A DNA stretch of 64,000 bases, taken from contig CAXTLC010000009.1 of assembly GCA_964245075.1 (NCBI GenBank), positions 6,440-70,439 of the forward strand, written 5' to 3'. The DNA is from an uncultured Acetobacteraceae bacterium. Lineage in GTDB: Bacteria; Pseudomonadota; Alphaproteobacteria; Acetobacterales; Acetobacteraceae. Below the pieces are notes generated by a model that was given only the letters and a program-made list of their open reading frames with translations, was not told the origin of the DNA and searched no databases. Every line of letters begins with the position of its first letter. The stretch's first letter is position 1. The translations under genes were made by a program, and so were the position numbers. Below are positions 19,089 through 27,532 of the stretch, in pieces.

Positions 19089-19684
19089 GGCAGCAGTCCG
19101 GGGAAGCGGCCCAGGTCCTCCGGGCGGTCCAGGTCGGCCAGCGGCGGCAGCAGCCCGCAAGGCCGCCCGCCCGCTCGGAGCCGCCGCTGCGTTTCGGCCA
19201 GCACGCCGTCCGTCCCCCATGCCATCCCGCTGAACAGCCAGGGCGCCAGGGCCGGCAGGCCGAGCAGGTAGTACCCGCCGTCCTCCGCCGGGCCGAGCGC
19301 CACCTTGCCCGCGGCCAGCAGTCGCACCGCCGCATTGATGTGGGCGGGCGTCAGGTCCGGCAGGTCGGCGCCGACCACGAGGGCCGGGGCGGGGTCGAGA
19401 CAGCGCTGCATGCGTGCGCCCAGGTCGCCCTCGCCCTGCGGCCGGATCGTGACCTCGTTGCCTAGCCAGGCCGCGAAGGCGTCCGGCGCGGCGCCCGTGA
19501 CCCAGACCTCCACCGGCAGGCCTGTCGCGCGGAGGATGGCCAGCGTCGTCTCCGTCAACCGGCGGTGCAGCGCGGCGGCCCCGGCGGCGCCCAGGGCCGG
19601 GATGAGCCGGGTTTTGGCCCGGCCCGGCTCCGGGAAGCGGGTGAGCAGCACCAGGCGGGGCGTTCCAGCCGCATGGTCCGTCAC
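19085..19684 (-). CDS. TIGR04282/DUF2064-like CofC-fold transferase
   Basis: LVLLTRFPEPGRAKTRLIPALG, QGEGDLGARM, VGADLPDL, LGPAEDGGYYLLGL, LADLDRPEDL. Confidence 0.88.
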   Translation of the reverse strand: MTDHAAGTPRLVLLTRFPEPGRAKTRLIPALGAAGAAALHRRLTETTLAILRATGLPVEVWVTGAAPDAFAAWLGNEVTIRPQGEGDLGARMQRCLDPAPALVVGADLPDLTPAHINAAVRLLAAGKVALGPAEDGGYYLLGLPALAPWLFSGMAWGTDGVLAETQRRLRAGGRPCGLLPPLADLDRPEDLGRFPGLLP

Positions 19685-19686
19685 GC

Positions 19687-19722
19687 GGTTCGGCCGAAGG
19701 TTCGGCCCACCGTTCGGCTGAA
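19687..19722. repeat. Three tandem 12-bp direct repeats in a divergent promoter
   Basis: GGTTCGGCCGAA / GGTTCGGCCCAC / CGTTCGGCTGAA. Confidence 0.65.
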
Positions 19723-19743
19723 ACCGCTTGCAGGCCGGCCCGC

Positions 19744-20589
19744 GTGCCACATCTCCGCTCCATGCCAGGCACCGAAGGCAGCCGTCCATCCCTGCCGCTC
19801 GGCCCGCTTCTGGCCGTGGCCGGCTTGGCCGCCGTCATGGCGCTGGAGCGCCGTTCCCCGCTGCGCCGCCCGACCCAGCGTGAGCCGGCGCGCACGGCCC
19901 GCAACCTCCTGCTGGGACTGCTGAGCATGGCCGCCGTCGCCGCGGCGGAGGGGCCGCTGGTGCGCCAACTGGCGGACATGGCGCAGCGGCGGCGCTGGGG
20001 GTTGGTGCAGCGCCTGCATGCGCCGGCCTGGCTGCGCGACGCGCTCGCGGTGGTCGGCATGGACTACACGATCTACCTCTGGCACGTGCTGACCCACAAA
20101 GTGCCGTTGCTGTGGCGCTTTCACCTCGTGCACCACCTGGACCTGGACCTGGACAGCACCACGGCGCTGCGCTTCCACGCCGTGGACATGCTGATCTCCA
20201 TCCCGTGGCGGGCGGCGCAGGTGCTGCTGCTCGGCACCTCCCGCCGGGCGCTGTCCGTGTGGCAAGGCTTCTTCTTCTCGTCCGTCGTGTTCCACCATTC
20301 CAATATACGCCTGCCGCCCCGGCTGGAACGGGGGCTGGCCACCGTGCTGACCACGCCGCGCATGCACGGCATCCATCACTCTGCGGCCCGCGAGGACACC
20401 GACTCCAACTGGTCCAGCGGGCTCAGCGTGTGGGACCACCTGCACCGCACCTTCCGGCTTGACGTGGGGCAGCGGCGCACCCGCATCGGCGTCCCCGGCT
20501 ACCGCGATCCGGCGGAGCTGCGGCTGCGCCCATCCCTCGCCCTGCCGTTCCGGCCGCAGCGGGACGCCTGGACGCCGCCCCCGCGCTAG
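19744..20589 (+). CDS. Sterol desaturase / fatty acid hydroxylase family membrane protein
   Basis: His boxes WHVLTH, FHLVHH, FHHSN, HGIHH; NWSSGLSVWDHL; start could be ATG 19762. Confidence 0.9.
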   Translation: MPHLRSMPGTEGSRPSLPLGPLLAVAGLAAVMALERRSPLRRPTQREPARTARNLLLGLLSMAAVAAAEGPLVRQLADMAQRRRWGLVQRLHAPAWLRDALAVVGMDYTIYLWHVLTHKVPLLWRFHLVHHLDLDLDSTTALRFHAVDMLISIPWRAAQVLLLGTSRRALSVWQGFFFSSVVFHHSNIRLPPRLERGLATVLTTPRMHGIHHSAAREDTDSNWSSGLSVWDHLHRTFRLDVGQRRTRIGVPGYRDPAELRLRPSLALPFRPQRDAWTPPPR

Positions 20590-20597
20590 CCCGCAAT

Positions 20598-20623
20598 CGC
20601 CCTGACTGGAAATAGTCAGGGCG
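20598..20623. terminator. Perfect 10-bp hairpin between convergent genes
   Basis: CGCCCTGACT-GGAAAT-AGTCAGGGCG. Confidence 0.6.
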
Positions 20624-20687
20624 TCAATTGCCAGGCCAGACAAAGAGTTAGACCGCGCTGACCGTTTACGGCCAGCCAAGAAGCGGT

Positions 20688-22100
20688 CTAGGCCCCGGCA
20701 AGCCGGCGCGCGGGAACCAGCACGGTGCCCAGCAGGAACCCGGCGGTGCAGAGCAGCAGGCCCCAGGCGTTCACGCCCAGGTCCGCCGCGAACGCGCCGC
20801 TGCCCAGGTCAAGCGCTTGCGGCAGGATGCGCAGCTTCGCGAACACCTCGATCCCGCGGATCACCCCGAGCATGACGCCGGGCCAGAAGGCAAGGTGGAA
20901 GCTGAGCGCGCCCGCCTGCCGCACCCAGCACAGCAGGAAGATCGGCGCCAGGCCCATCACCATGGTGCCGCTGAGCGTGGTGGCCGCGATGACGGCGGGG
21001 CCGACCCGGTCGCCCATGTAGATGGTCAGCAGCGGCAGGTTGCCGAGTACCGCCACGGCGAGGATTGCCAGGCGGCCGACCCAGACGTTGCGGGAGTCGG
21101 CTTCCGCCGCCTGGTTGCGCCAGTCCCGCCCGGCCAGCTTGGCGCCGCTGGTGAAGGCCGAGTCGAGGGTGGAGCCGCCGGACACCAGCATGATGGCGTT
21201 GAACACCATCAGCATCGGGATGCCGAAGGAAGCCGGCACGCTGACGCTGGGGGTGTCGCCGGAGCCGAAGGCCCGGCCGTACAGCCCGATCAGGCTGAAC
21301 AGGAAGATGAAGCCGCCGCTCAGCAGCCCGGCCAGCAGGAACGCCCGCAAGGCTTGGCCCGGCGCGTTGAGGAAGCCGCGGTCGGTCAGCACCGGGTCGT
21401 GGAACGGGTAGGAGAAGACCTGCACGCCCGCCAGCAGGCAGAAGGTGATGCCCGCGTCCTGCGTGGCCCGCGGCACGGGGGCGAGGCCGTGGCTGGCAAG
21501 CGGCGGCAGCAGCAGCGCCAGCACGAGCGCCAGCAACGCGAAAGCCAGCACGATGTGGATGCGGTCGGTGGTCAGGCTGGCCCGCATGCCGCCGCGCCAG
21601 GCATAGGCGACGGTGAACAGCGTCACCAGCACCGCCGCCCACCAGTATGGCGCCGCGCCCTCCGCGCCGAAATACAGGGAGATGACCTTGGTGTTCGACC
21701 AGACCTCGTTGAACAGCCGGAACGCCACCAGGAGCAGGAACAGCCGGGCGCACGCCGGGCCGTAGCGGTCCAGCAGCAGGTGGGACAGGGAGCGGTAATG
21801 CCAGCGGCGGCGGACCGCCCAGATCGCCACGCCGGCGACGGCGAAGCTCAGATAGTAAACGGTGTAGCCGATGCCGCCGGCCAGCCCGTAGCCGTAAGCG
21901 AGGGCGGACGCGTTGGCGATCGACTTCGCGAACACCCAGGTGATGGCGGCGCTCATCGCCACCATCAGCACGCCGGGCGCCGCATTGCGGCTGTTCCGTC
22001 CGTCGAAGAACTGCGGCGCCGTGACCTGCCTCGGGGTGACGGCCCATGTCACGGCGCAGAACAAGGCGAGGACGATCCAGGGCGCGATCTGCGGCAGCAT
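20688..22100 (-). CDS. Sodium:solute symporter-family membrane transporter
   Basis: About 13 hydrophobic segments; TWVFAKS, YAWRGGMRASLTTD, SYPFHDPVLTDRGF, STLDS. Confidence 0.8.
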   Translation of the reverse strand: MLPQIAPWIVLALFCAVTWAVTPRQVTAPQFFDGRNSRNAAPGVLMVAMSAAITWVFAKSIANASALAYGYGLAGGIGYTVYYLSFAVAGVAIWAVRRRWHYRSLSHLLLDRYGPACARLFLLLVAFRLFNEVWSNTKVISLYFGAEGAAPYWWAAVLVTLFTVAYAWRGGMRASLTTDRIHIVLAFALLALVLALLLPPLASHGLAPVPRATQDAGITFCLLAGVQVFSYPFHDPVLTDRGFLNAPGQALRAFLLAGLLSGGFIFLFSLIGLYGRAFGSGDTPSVSVPASFGIPMLMVFNAIMLVSGGSTLDSAFTSGAKLAGRDWRNQAAEADSRNVWVGRLAILAVAVLGNLPLLTIYMGDRVGPAVIAATTLSGTMVMGLAPIFLLCWVRQAGALSFHLAFWPGVMLGVIRGIEVFAKLRILPQALDLGSGAFAADLGVNAWGLLLCTAGFLLGTVLVPARRLAGA

Positions 22101-22172
22101 GGCAGGGACACTACCTTTGGGGTCCCAAATGTCCATATCTCGGGCGCGAGCCTCATCCTGACGGAGCCGACT

Positions 22173-23138
22173 TTGCGGGATTCGCCCATCGCCGGCCCAC
22201 CCTGCCAGCCGGCTGCCACGCGCGGACGGTTCGCCGATCCGCTGGTCACCGCCACGGGCGAGCGGCGCGCATCCGTCCCGCTCGAAGCGCTGCGGACGCT
22301 CTGGTTCAACACGGGGACGCTGTGCAACGTCGCCTGCACCGGCTGCTACATCGAGAGCAGCCCCGCCAACGACCGCCTCGCCTACCTCAGCCGGTCGGAC
22401 GTGCTCGGCTTCCTGGCCGAGGCCCGGCTGCTGCACCCGGAGCTGGCGGAAATCGGCTTCACCGGGGGCGAGCCTTTCATGAACCGCGACATGCCCGGCA
22501 TGATGCGCGACGCGCTCCGGGCGGGGTTTCGCGTGCTGGTGCTCACCAACGCCATGCGCCCGATGCAGCGCTTCGCGGCCGAGCTGGCGGAGCTGGCGGA
22601 CGAGTACCGGGACCGCATCACGGTGCGGGTGTCGCTCGACCACCACACGGCCGGGCGGCACGAGGCGGTGCGCGGTGCGCGGAGCTGGGCGCCCGCGCTG
22701 GAGGGGCTGCGCTTCCTGGCGCGGCACCGCATCCGCCTCGCCATCGCCGGACGCACGCCTTGGGACGAGACGGAGGCATCCCTGCGGGACGGCTACCGGC
22801 GGCTGTTCGCCGAACTCGGCCTCGCGGTGGATGCGTCGGACCCGGCCCAGCTCGTGCTGTTCCCGGAGATGGACGCGCGGCCGGACGTGCCGGAGATCAC
22901 GGAACGCTGCTGGGCCATCCTCGGCAAAAAACCGGGCGACGTGATGTGCGCCGGGTCCCGCATGGTGGTCCGCCGGCGCGGCGCCGACCGGCCCGCCGTC
23001 GTGAGCTGCACCTTGCTGCCCTACGACGAGGCGTTCGAGCTCGGCGGCACGCTGGCGGAGGCGAGCGGGGCGGTGAGCCTCAACCACCGCTTCTGCGCGC
23101 AGTTCTGCGTGCTGGGCGGGGCGTCGTGCAGCCCGTAG
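22173..23138 (+). CDS. Radical SAM protein with Cys-rich C-terminus (distantly ArsS/TIGR04167-like)
   Basis: LWFNTGTLCNVACTGCYIES CxxxCxxC, FTGGEPF, LTNA, C-terminal VMC...SC...HRFCAQFCVLGGASCSP; TTG start inferred after GGAG. Confidence 0.88.
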   Translation: MRDSPIAGPPCQPAATRGRFADPLVTATGERRASVPLEALRTLWFNTGTLCNVACTGCYIESSPANDRLAYLSRSDVLGFLAEARLLHPELAEIGFTGGEPFMNRDMPGMMRDALRAGFRVLVLTNAMRPMQRFAAELAELADEYRDRITVRVSLDHHTAGRHEAVRGARSWAPALEGLRFLARHRIRLAIAGRTPWDETEASLRDGYRRLFAELGLAVDASDPAQLVLFPEMDARPDVPEITERCWAILGKKPGDVMCAGSRMVVRRRGADRPAVVSCTLLPYDEAFELGGTLAEASGAVSLNHRFCAQFCVLGGASCSP

Positions 23139-23428
23139 ACCCCGTGTTGAGGGTCAAGGACCTTCGGAAAGGGACAGCATGCCCGACGCCGTTCGGGAAG
23201 ACAGCAGACGCAGGTTCGATGCCACCTTCACGCCGTTCCGAACTCCCGCGCTTCCCACCTTACCATCTGAGGCATGCAATTTCGAGAAAAGCATTCCGGG
23301 ACCAGATCTTGAGAAAGCGGCGCCTACTATCGCTGGCTTACCCTCGTGGTGGGGCCGGCTTCCCACCCTTCGTTCGTTTGCGGGAAAGCGCTCGCGGCAC
23401 CCAACGATCAAATCGCGAGCCAGCGTTG

Positions 23429-24127
23429 CTAAGATGGAAGCAGCAGTTCCGGCAGTCCAGAAAGGTCCTTCAGCATCGCGTCGGGCTGCCAAGCGGAGTC
23501 AAGAGGCTCGCCTTCCCGGTCGATCCAAACAGACCGAATGCCGAGTTCATGGCAAACCTTCAGGTCAGTAAATTGACCCATGCCCACATGGATCGTCTCG
23601 TCCTTCGAAACCCCCATAGTGGCGTATGCCTGAAGGAAGAGCCGGTGATCGGGCTTGTAGGCCTGAGCCTGCTGAGCGGTTACGACGAAATCAAGGGGTG
23701 TGCTGATCGCGGCCACGGTTCCGGCAATGAGCTTGTCACCGGTATTGCTGATGATGGCTATCTGGTAGCGTTCACGCAGGCGGGAGAGCACGTCCGGTAC
23801 CTCGGGATGGGGATCAATCCTGCCCAAGGTCGCTAGTAGCGTCTGCAAGTCTGCTGCCGTTGCCTCGTAGCCGGCTTCGGACAAAGCTTGGTTCAAGCTG
23901 GCATGCAGCACAGCTTCATAATCACGAAAGACGGGCTGCTGCTGCTGTTCAACTGCTATCCCTCGCAGCCGGTCCGCGAATGCAGCAACCTGATCCTGCG
24001 GGGTATTCGCCGGCAGGTGCCGGCCCAGGATCACACGAGCAGCCTGCCGCACGGCACGATGCCACTGAACCAGCGTGCCATAGCAGTCGAAGGTGATAAC
24101 CTTGGGTAGTGGATTGAGTTTGAGGAT
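23429..24127 (-). CDS. HAD-family hydrolase (haloacid dehalogenase type II-like) lacking a canonical start codon
   Basis: ITFDCYGTLVQW motif I, IISN, YKPD, HVGMGQFTD; motif I lies upstream of the first GTG; ATC at 24127 sits 8 nt after GGAG. Confidence 0.75.
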   Translation of the reverse strand: MLKLNPLPKVITFDCYGTLVQWHRAVRQAARVILGRHLPANTPQDQVAAFADRLRGIAVEQQQQPVFRDYEAVLHASLNQALSEAGYEATAADLQTLLATLGRIDPHPEVPDVLSRLRERYQIAIISNTGDKLIAGTVAAISTPLDFVVTAQQAQAYKPDHRLFLQAYATMGVSKDETIHVGMGQFTDLKVCHELGIRSVWIDREGEPLDSAWQPDAMLKDLSGLPELLLPS

Positions 24128-24274
24128 AGGATGTGCTCCGGCAACGCTGCCTGCTCATGCAGCGGTGGTCGGCTTATCACGCCAGCAGCGGCGCGTCGTG
24201 CAGCCCGTAGAGACCGTGCCTCACGTCCAAGGGCATTCGGGGGAGGCAGGCCGCTTGCCCCCGCTGAAAGTGGA

Positions 24275-24442
24275 TCAAGCCTCCAGGCTACCCGCACGAA
24301 CGACAAGGTGCATGGCTTGCGCTGTGCTGGTTGCGCCAAGGCGCTTGCGGATCCGGCGCATATGGTTCTCGACCGTGCGCTCGGACAAGCCCAGCATGAA
24401 GGCGATGTCGACTTGTCGGCGGCCCGAAGCAACCCGGCGCAT
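24275..24442 (-). pseudogene. LuxR-type C-terminal HTH fragment (55 aa)
   Basis: (LEI)MRRVASGRRQVDIAFMLGLSERTVENHMRRIRKRLGATSTAQAMHLV; in-frame TGA 11 codons upstream of the ATG; too short for the ORF track. Confidence 0.75.
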
Positions 24443-24449
24443 GATCTCC

Positions 24450-24569
24450 AGCCGCCGCCACGAGGGCCGCGATCACCAGCGCGGGCGTGAACGACCCGGA
24501 ACGCTCCACCGCGGCGCCCGCCACCAGGAGCGCCACCGACTTGCCGACCGATCCGCCGATGTTGGCCAT
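24450..24569 (-). pseudogene. MFS transporter C-terminal fragment
   Basis: ANIGGSVGKSVALLVAGAAVERSGSFTPALVIAALVAAA resembles MFS helices 11-12 and runs directly into the LuxR fragment. Confidence 0.5.
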
Positions 24570-24710
24570 GGCCTCCCCGCGAGCACGTAGCGCAGGCGGG
24601 CCGGCGCTTCTGCCTCCGCCGCGTCGATCAGCCCCGCTTCCGCAACGTCACGCGTTGCAGCGCCGGCAAAGGGCGGCGCACGGGAGGCCCCGTCCGCACA
24701 TGGCCCGGCC

Positions 24711-25241
24711 TTAGTCCAACCGCCGCAGCCCAGACCGGAAGCGCCGCCAGTTGGCGACGTAGCCCCGCGCCGAGGCGCGGAGCCGCTCGATCGCAGCCTC
24801 GTCCAGGGTGCGCACCGCCTTGGCCGGCGAGCCCACGATCAGCGAACCGTCCGGGAACGCCTTGCCTTCCGTGACCAGCGCGTTGGCGCCGACCAGGCAG
24901 CCCGCGCCGATCCGGGCGCCGTTGAGGACCGTGGCGCCCATGCCGACCAGCGAGCCGTCCCCCACCGTGCAGCCGTGCAGGATGGCGTGGTGGCCGACCG
25001 TGACGTGGGCGCCCACGCGCAGCGCCAGCCCGACATCGGTGTGCAGCATCGCGCCATCCTGCACGTTGCTGCCTTCGCCCACCTCGATGGGCGCGTTGTC
25101 GCCCCGCAGCACGGCGCCGAACCAGATCCCGACATCGGCGGCCAACCGCACCTGGCCGATGACGTGCGCGTCCGGCGCCACCCAGAAACGCCCCGCCTCC
25201 GGCAGCGCGGGCTCGTGGTCCCCAAGCGCGTAGATCGGCAT
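24711..25241 (-). CDS. Gamma-class carbonic anhydrase family protein
   Basis: WVAPDAHVIGQV, LRGDN, NVQDGAMLHTD, VGHHAILHGC hexapeptide repeats. Confidence 0.93.
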   Translation of the reverse strand: MPIYALGDHEPALPEAGRFWVAPDAHVIGQVRLAADVGIWFGAVLRGDNAPIEVGEGSNVQDGAMLHTDVGLALRVGAHVTVGHHAILHGCTVGDGSLVGMGATVLNGARIGAGCLVGANALVTEGKAFPDGSLIVGSPAKAVRTLDEAAIERLRASARGYVANWRRFRSGLRRLD

Positions 25242-25245
25242 CGCC

Positions 25246-26271
25246 TCACTCCCCCGTCCGCTGCTGGCTGACGAGCCTCGCCAACGCGCTGCCGGACTCC
25301 CATGCCGCTTCCACCCGCCCGTCCAGGCACCAATCGCCGCACACGCCGATGCGCCGGGGCCCGTCCCACAGTGCCGGCTCGCCCAACGGCCGCTCGGTCA
25401 AGGCGAAGCGCCAGCGGTGCGCCGCCACGTGGAGCGGCGCGGCCCCGGCGCCCGTCATGTCCCTGAACGACGCCAGCAAGGCCGCGGCGACCGCGCCGGC
25501 ATCCCGCTCCAGCCACTCGCGCGACCAGGCCGGGGACGCGTTCGCCACCCAGCGGTCGGGAACGCCTGCGTCCCCGCCGGGCCGGCTGCCTTCCCGGGCG
25601 ATCCAGGCGAGCGGGGCGTCCGTGGGGCGCTGCACGTCCGGCGCCTCGACGCGCGTTTCGAAGGCCGCCATCAGCGTCCAGCACGGCGCCACCGTCACGG
25701 CGTCGAGCGCCCGGGCGAAGCGGTCGTGACCGGCGGCCCGCAGCAAGGGCGTCGCCTGGGCGTGCGGCACGGCGAGCAACACCGCGTCGAACCGCTCGGC
25801 CTCGCCCGTTTCCACGACCTGCCCGGGCCGCGCCTCCGCCGCGGGCAGGTGGCGCAGGACCCAGCCACCGTCCTCCGGCCGGAGGTGGGCGACATGGCGC
25901 CCCAGGGCGAACGTGGCGCCGCACGCGTCGGCCAGCCGGGCGGGCAGGGCGGACATGCCGGGCACCCCGGCCCAGCGCCCGGCGCCCGCTTCCGGCCAGG
26001 GCGCGGCGGCGCCGTCCCGCTGCAAGGCGGCCAGCACGGCGCGGAAGCCGTCGCCGCGGGCCGTGGCGTATTGCGCGCCATGGTTGAATTGCAGCCCGTC
26101 CACCCGCCGCGTCGCCACCCGCCCGCCCGCCCGCCGCCCCTTGTCGAACAGCGTCACCGCATGCCCGGCGCCGCGCAGCGCCGTGGCGCAGCCGATCCCG
26201 GCGATCCCGGCCCCGACGATCGCGATCCGCAGCGGGGGCACGCCTGCCGGGGGCGCCGTCACCGACGTCAT
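25246..26271 (-). CDS. FAD-dependent oxidoreductase (renalase-like)
   Basis: IVGAGIAG, FDKGRRAGGRVATRR, FNHGAQY, HRWRFA, CGDWCLDGRVEAAWESG. Confidence 0.88.
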   Translation of the reverse strand: MTSVTAPPAGVPPLRIAIVGAGIAGIGCATALRGAGHAVTLFDKGRRAGGRVATRRVDGLQFNHGAQYATARGDGFRAVLAALQRDGAAAPWPEAGAGRWAGVPGMSALPARLADACGATFALGRHVAHLRPEDGGWVLRHLPAAEARPGQVVETGEAERFDAVLLAVPHAQATPLLRAAGHDRFARALDAVTVAPCWTLMAAFETRVEAPDVQRPTDAPLAWIAREGSRPGGDAGVPDRWVANASPAWSREWLERDAGAVAAALLASFRDMTGAGAAPLHVAAHRWRFALTERPLGEPALWDGPRRIGVCGDWCLDGRVEAAWESGSALARLVSQQRTGE

Positions 26272-26441
26272 GGGCGCAGGGCCGCCGCGAGGGCATTGGA
26301 ACGGGAAGGCGCCATGCGGACTCCTGGGTTTCCGGCCGAAGCGCCCGGCAGGGACGCGGCCGGATTGTTTCTTCCCGTTCGCAACGTCGCCGGCGAGGAT
26401 GACGGCGGCGCGGCCCGCCGTCCAGTGCGCCCGCCCGTCCT

Positions 26442-26483
26442 GGCCAGCAAGGCTTGGCCGGCAAGGCTGGGCCGGCAAGGCTT
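26442..26483. repeat. 14-bp tandem repeat x3 upstream of lipA
   Basis: GGCCAGCAAGGCTT / GGCCGGCAAGGCTG / GGCCGGCAAGGCTT. Confidence 0.8.
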
Positions 26484-26542
26484 GACCGCCTCCTTCCTGG
26501 AAGCCACTTGAGGGCTAGAACGCCGACGCTTACCCAGGGGTC

Positions 26543-27532
26543 ATGATGTCCACCCGCGTCCTTATCGACCACCGTGCCGGCGGCGTGCTCCGTGACGCAG
26601 AGGCACCGCGGCATCCGGAAAAGGCGAACCGCCTGCCCACCCCGGCGTTGCGCAAGCCCGACTGGATCCGCGTGCGCGCGCCCAATCACCCGACCTACCA
26701 CGAGACTCGCGCGCTGATGCGGGAGAACCAGCTCGTCACCGTCTGCGAGGAAGCGGCCTGCCCCAACATCGGCGAGTGCTGGTCCCAGCGGCACGCGACC
26801 ATGATGATCATGGGGGACACCTGCACCCGCGCCTGCGCGTTCTGCAACGTGGCGACCGGGCTGCCGCAGCCTCTGGACGCGTCCGAGCCGGCGCGGGTGG
26901 CGGACGCGGTGGCCAAGCTGGGGCTGCGCCACGTCGTGGTCACCTCCGTGGACCGCGACGACCTGCCGGACGGCGGCGCCGCCCATATCGCCGCCACCAT
27001 CCGGGCCATCCGCGCCGCGGCGGCGGATACGACGGTCGAGGTGCTGACGCCGGACTTCCTGCGCAAGCCGGGTGCGGCCGAGCTGGTCGCGGCGGCCAGG
27101 CCGGACGTGTTCAACCACAACCTGGAAACGGTGCCGCGGCTTTATCCGGGAATCCGGCCGGGCGCCCGCTACTACCAGTCCCTCCGGCTGCTGGACCACG
27201 TCAAGACGCTGGACCCGGGCATCTTCACCAAATCCGGCTTGATGGTCGGCCTGGGCGAGTCGCGGGCGGAGATCATGCAAGTCATGGACGACATGCGGAT
27301 GGCCGACATCGATTTCCTCACCCTCGGCCAGTACCTGCAACCGACGCCCCGGCATGCCGCGGTGGACCGCTTCGTCCCGCCGGACGAATTCGCCGAATAC
27401 GCCAGCATGGCGCGCGCCAAGGGGTTCCTGATGGTTTCGGCCACGCCGCTCACCCGTTCGTCCTACCACGCCGACAGTGATTTCGCGGCGCTGCGGGCCG
27501 CCCGGGCGAGCAGAACCGGCGGGGCGCGCTAG
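26543..27532 (+). CDS. lipA: Lipoyl synthase
   Basis: [41 protein letters not shown]. Confidence 0.98.
   Translation: MMSTRVLIDHRAGGVLRDAEAPRHPEKANRLPTPALRKPDWIRVRAPNHPTYHETRALMRENQLVTVCEEAACPNIGECWSQRHATMMIMGDTCTRACAFCNVATGLPQPLDASEPARVADAVAKLGLRHVVVTSVDRDDLPDGGAAHIAATIRAIRAAAADTTVEVLTPDFLRKPGAAELVAAARPDVFNHNLETVPRLYPGIRPGARYYQSLRLLDHVKTLDPGIFTKSGLMVGLGESRAEIMQVMDDMRMADIDFLTLGQYLQPTPRHAAVDRFVPPDEFAEYASMARAKGFLMVSATPLTRSSYHADSDFAALRAARASRTGGAR

Noticed and set aside
18363-20060. 565-aa ORF suggesting a GT2 fusion
   Set aside because: GT2 homology begins at GTG 19088, overlapping the TIGR04282 stop; the upstream part is off-frame.
20688-23138. 799-aa and 773-aa ORFs suggesting fusions around the symporter and radical SAM
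   Set aside because: Each is one real gene plus read-through of the other's antisense frame; motifs start at about 22100 (-) and 22173 (+).
15823-23138. Selenocysteine/UGA read-through in the rSAM-associated cluster
   Set aside because: No in-frame TGA aligned with a Cys motif; the rSAM ends in TAG; no SECIS-like hairpin recognised.
23205-23235. GCAGGTTCGATGCC resembling a tRNA T-arm (possible att site)
   Set aside because: The T-stem cannot pair and there is no acceptor stem or CCA; not enough for a tRNA fragment.
23154-23571. ORFs 23179-23571 (+) and 23154-23492 (-)
   Set aside because: No recognisable domain and both overlap the HAD 3' end; likely spurious, though a remnant cannot be excluded.
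19687-26483. Short direct-repeat sets as CRISPR arrays
   Set aside because: Repeats are 12-14 bp, tandem, without spacers; no cas genes.
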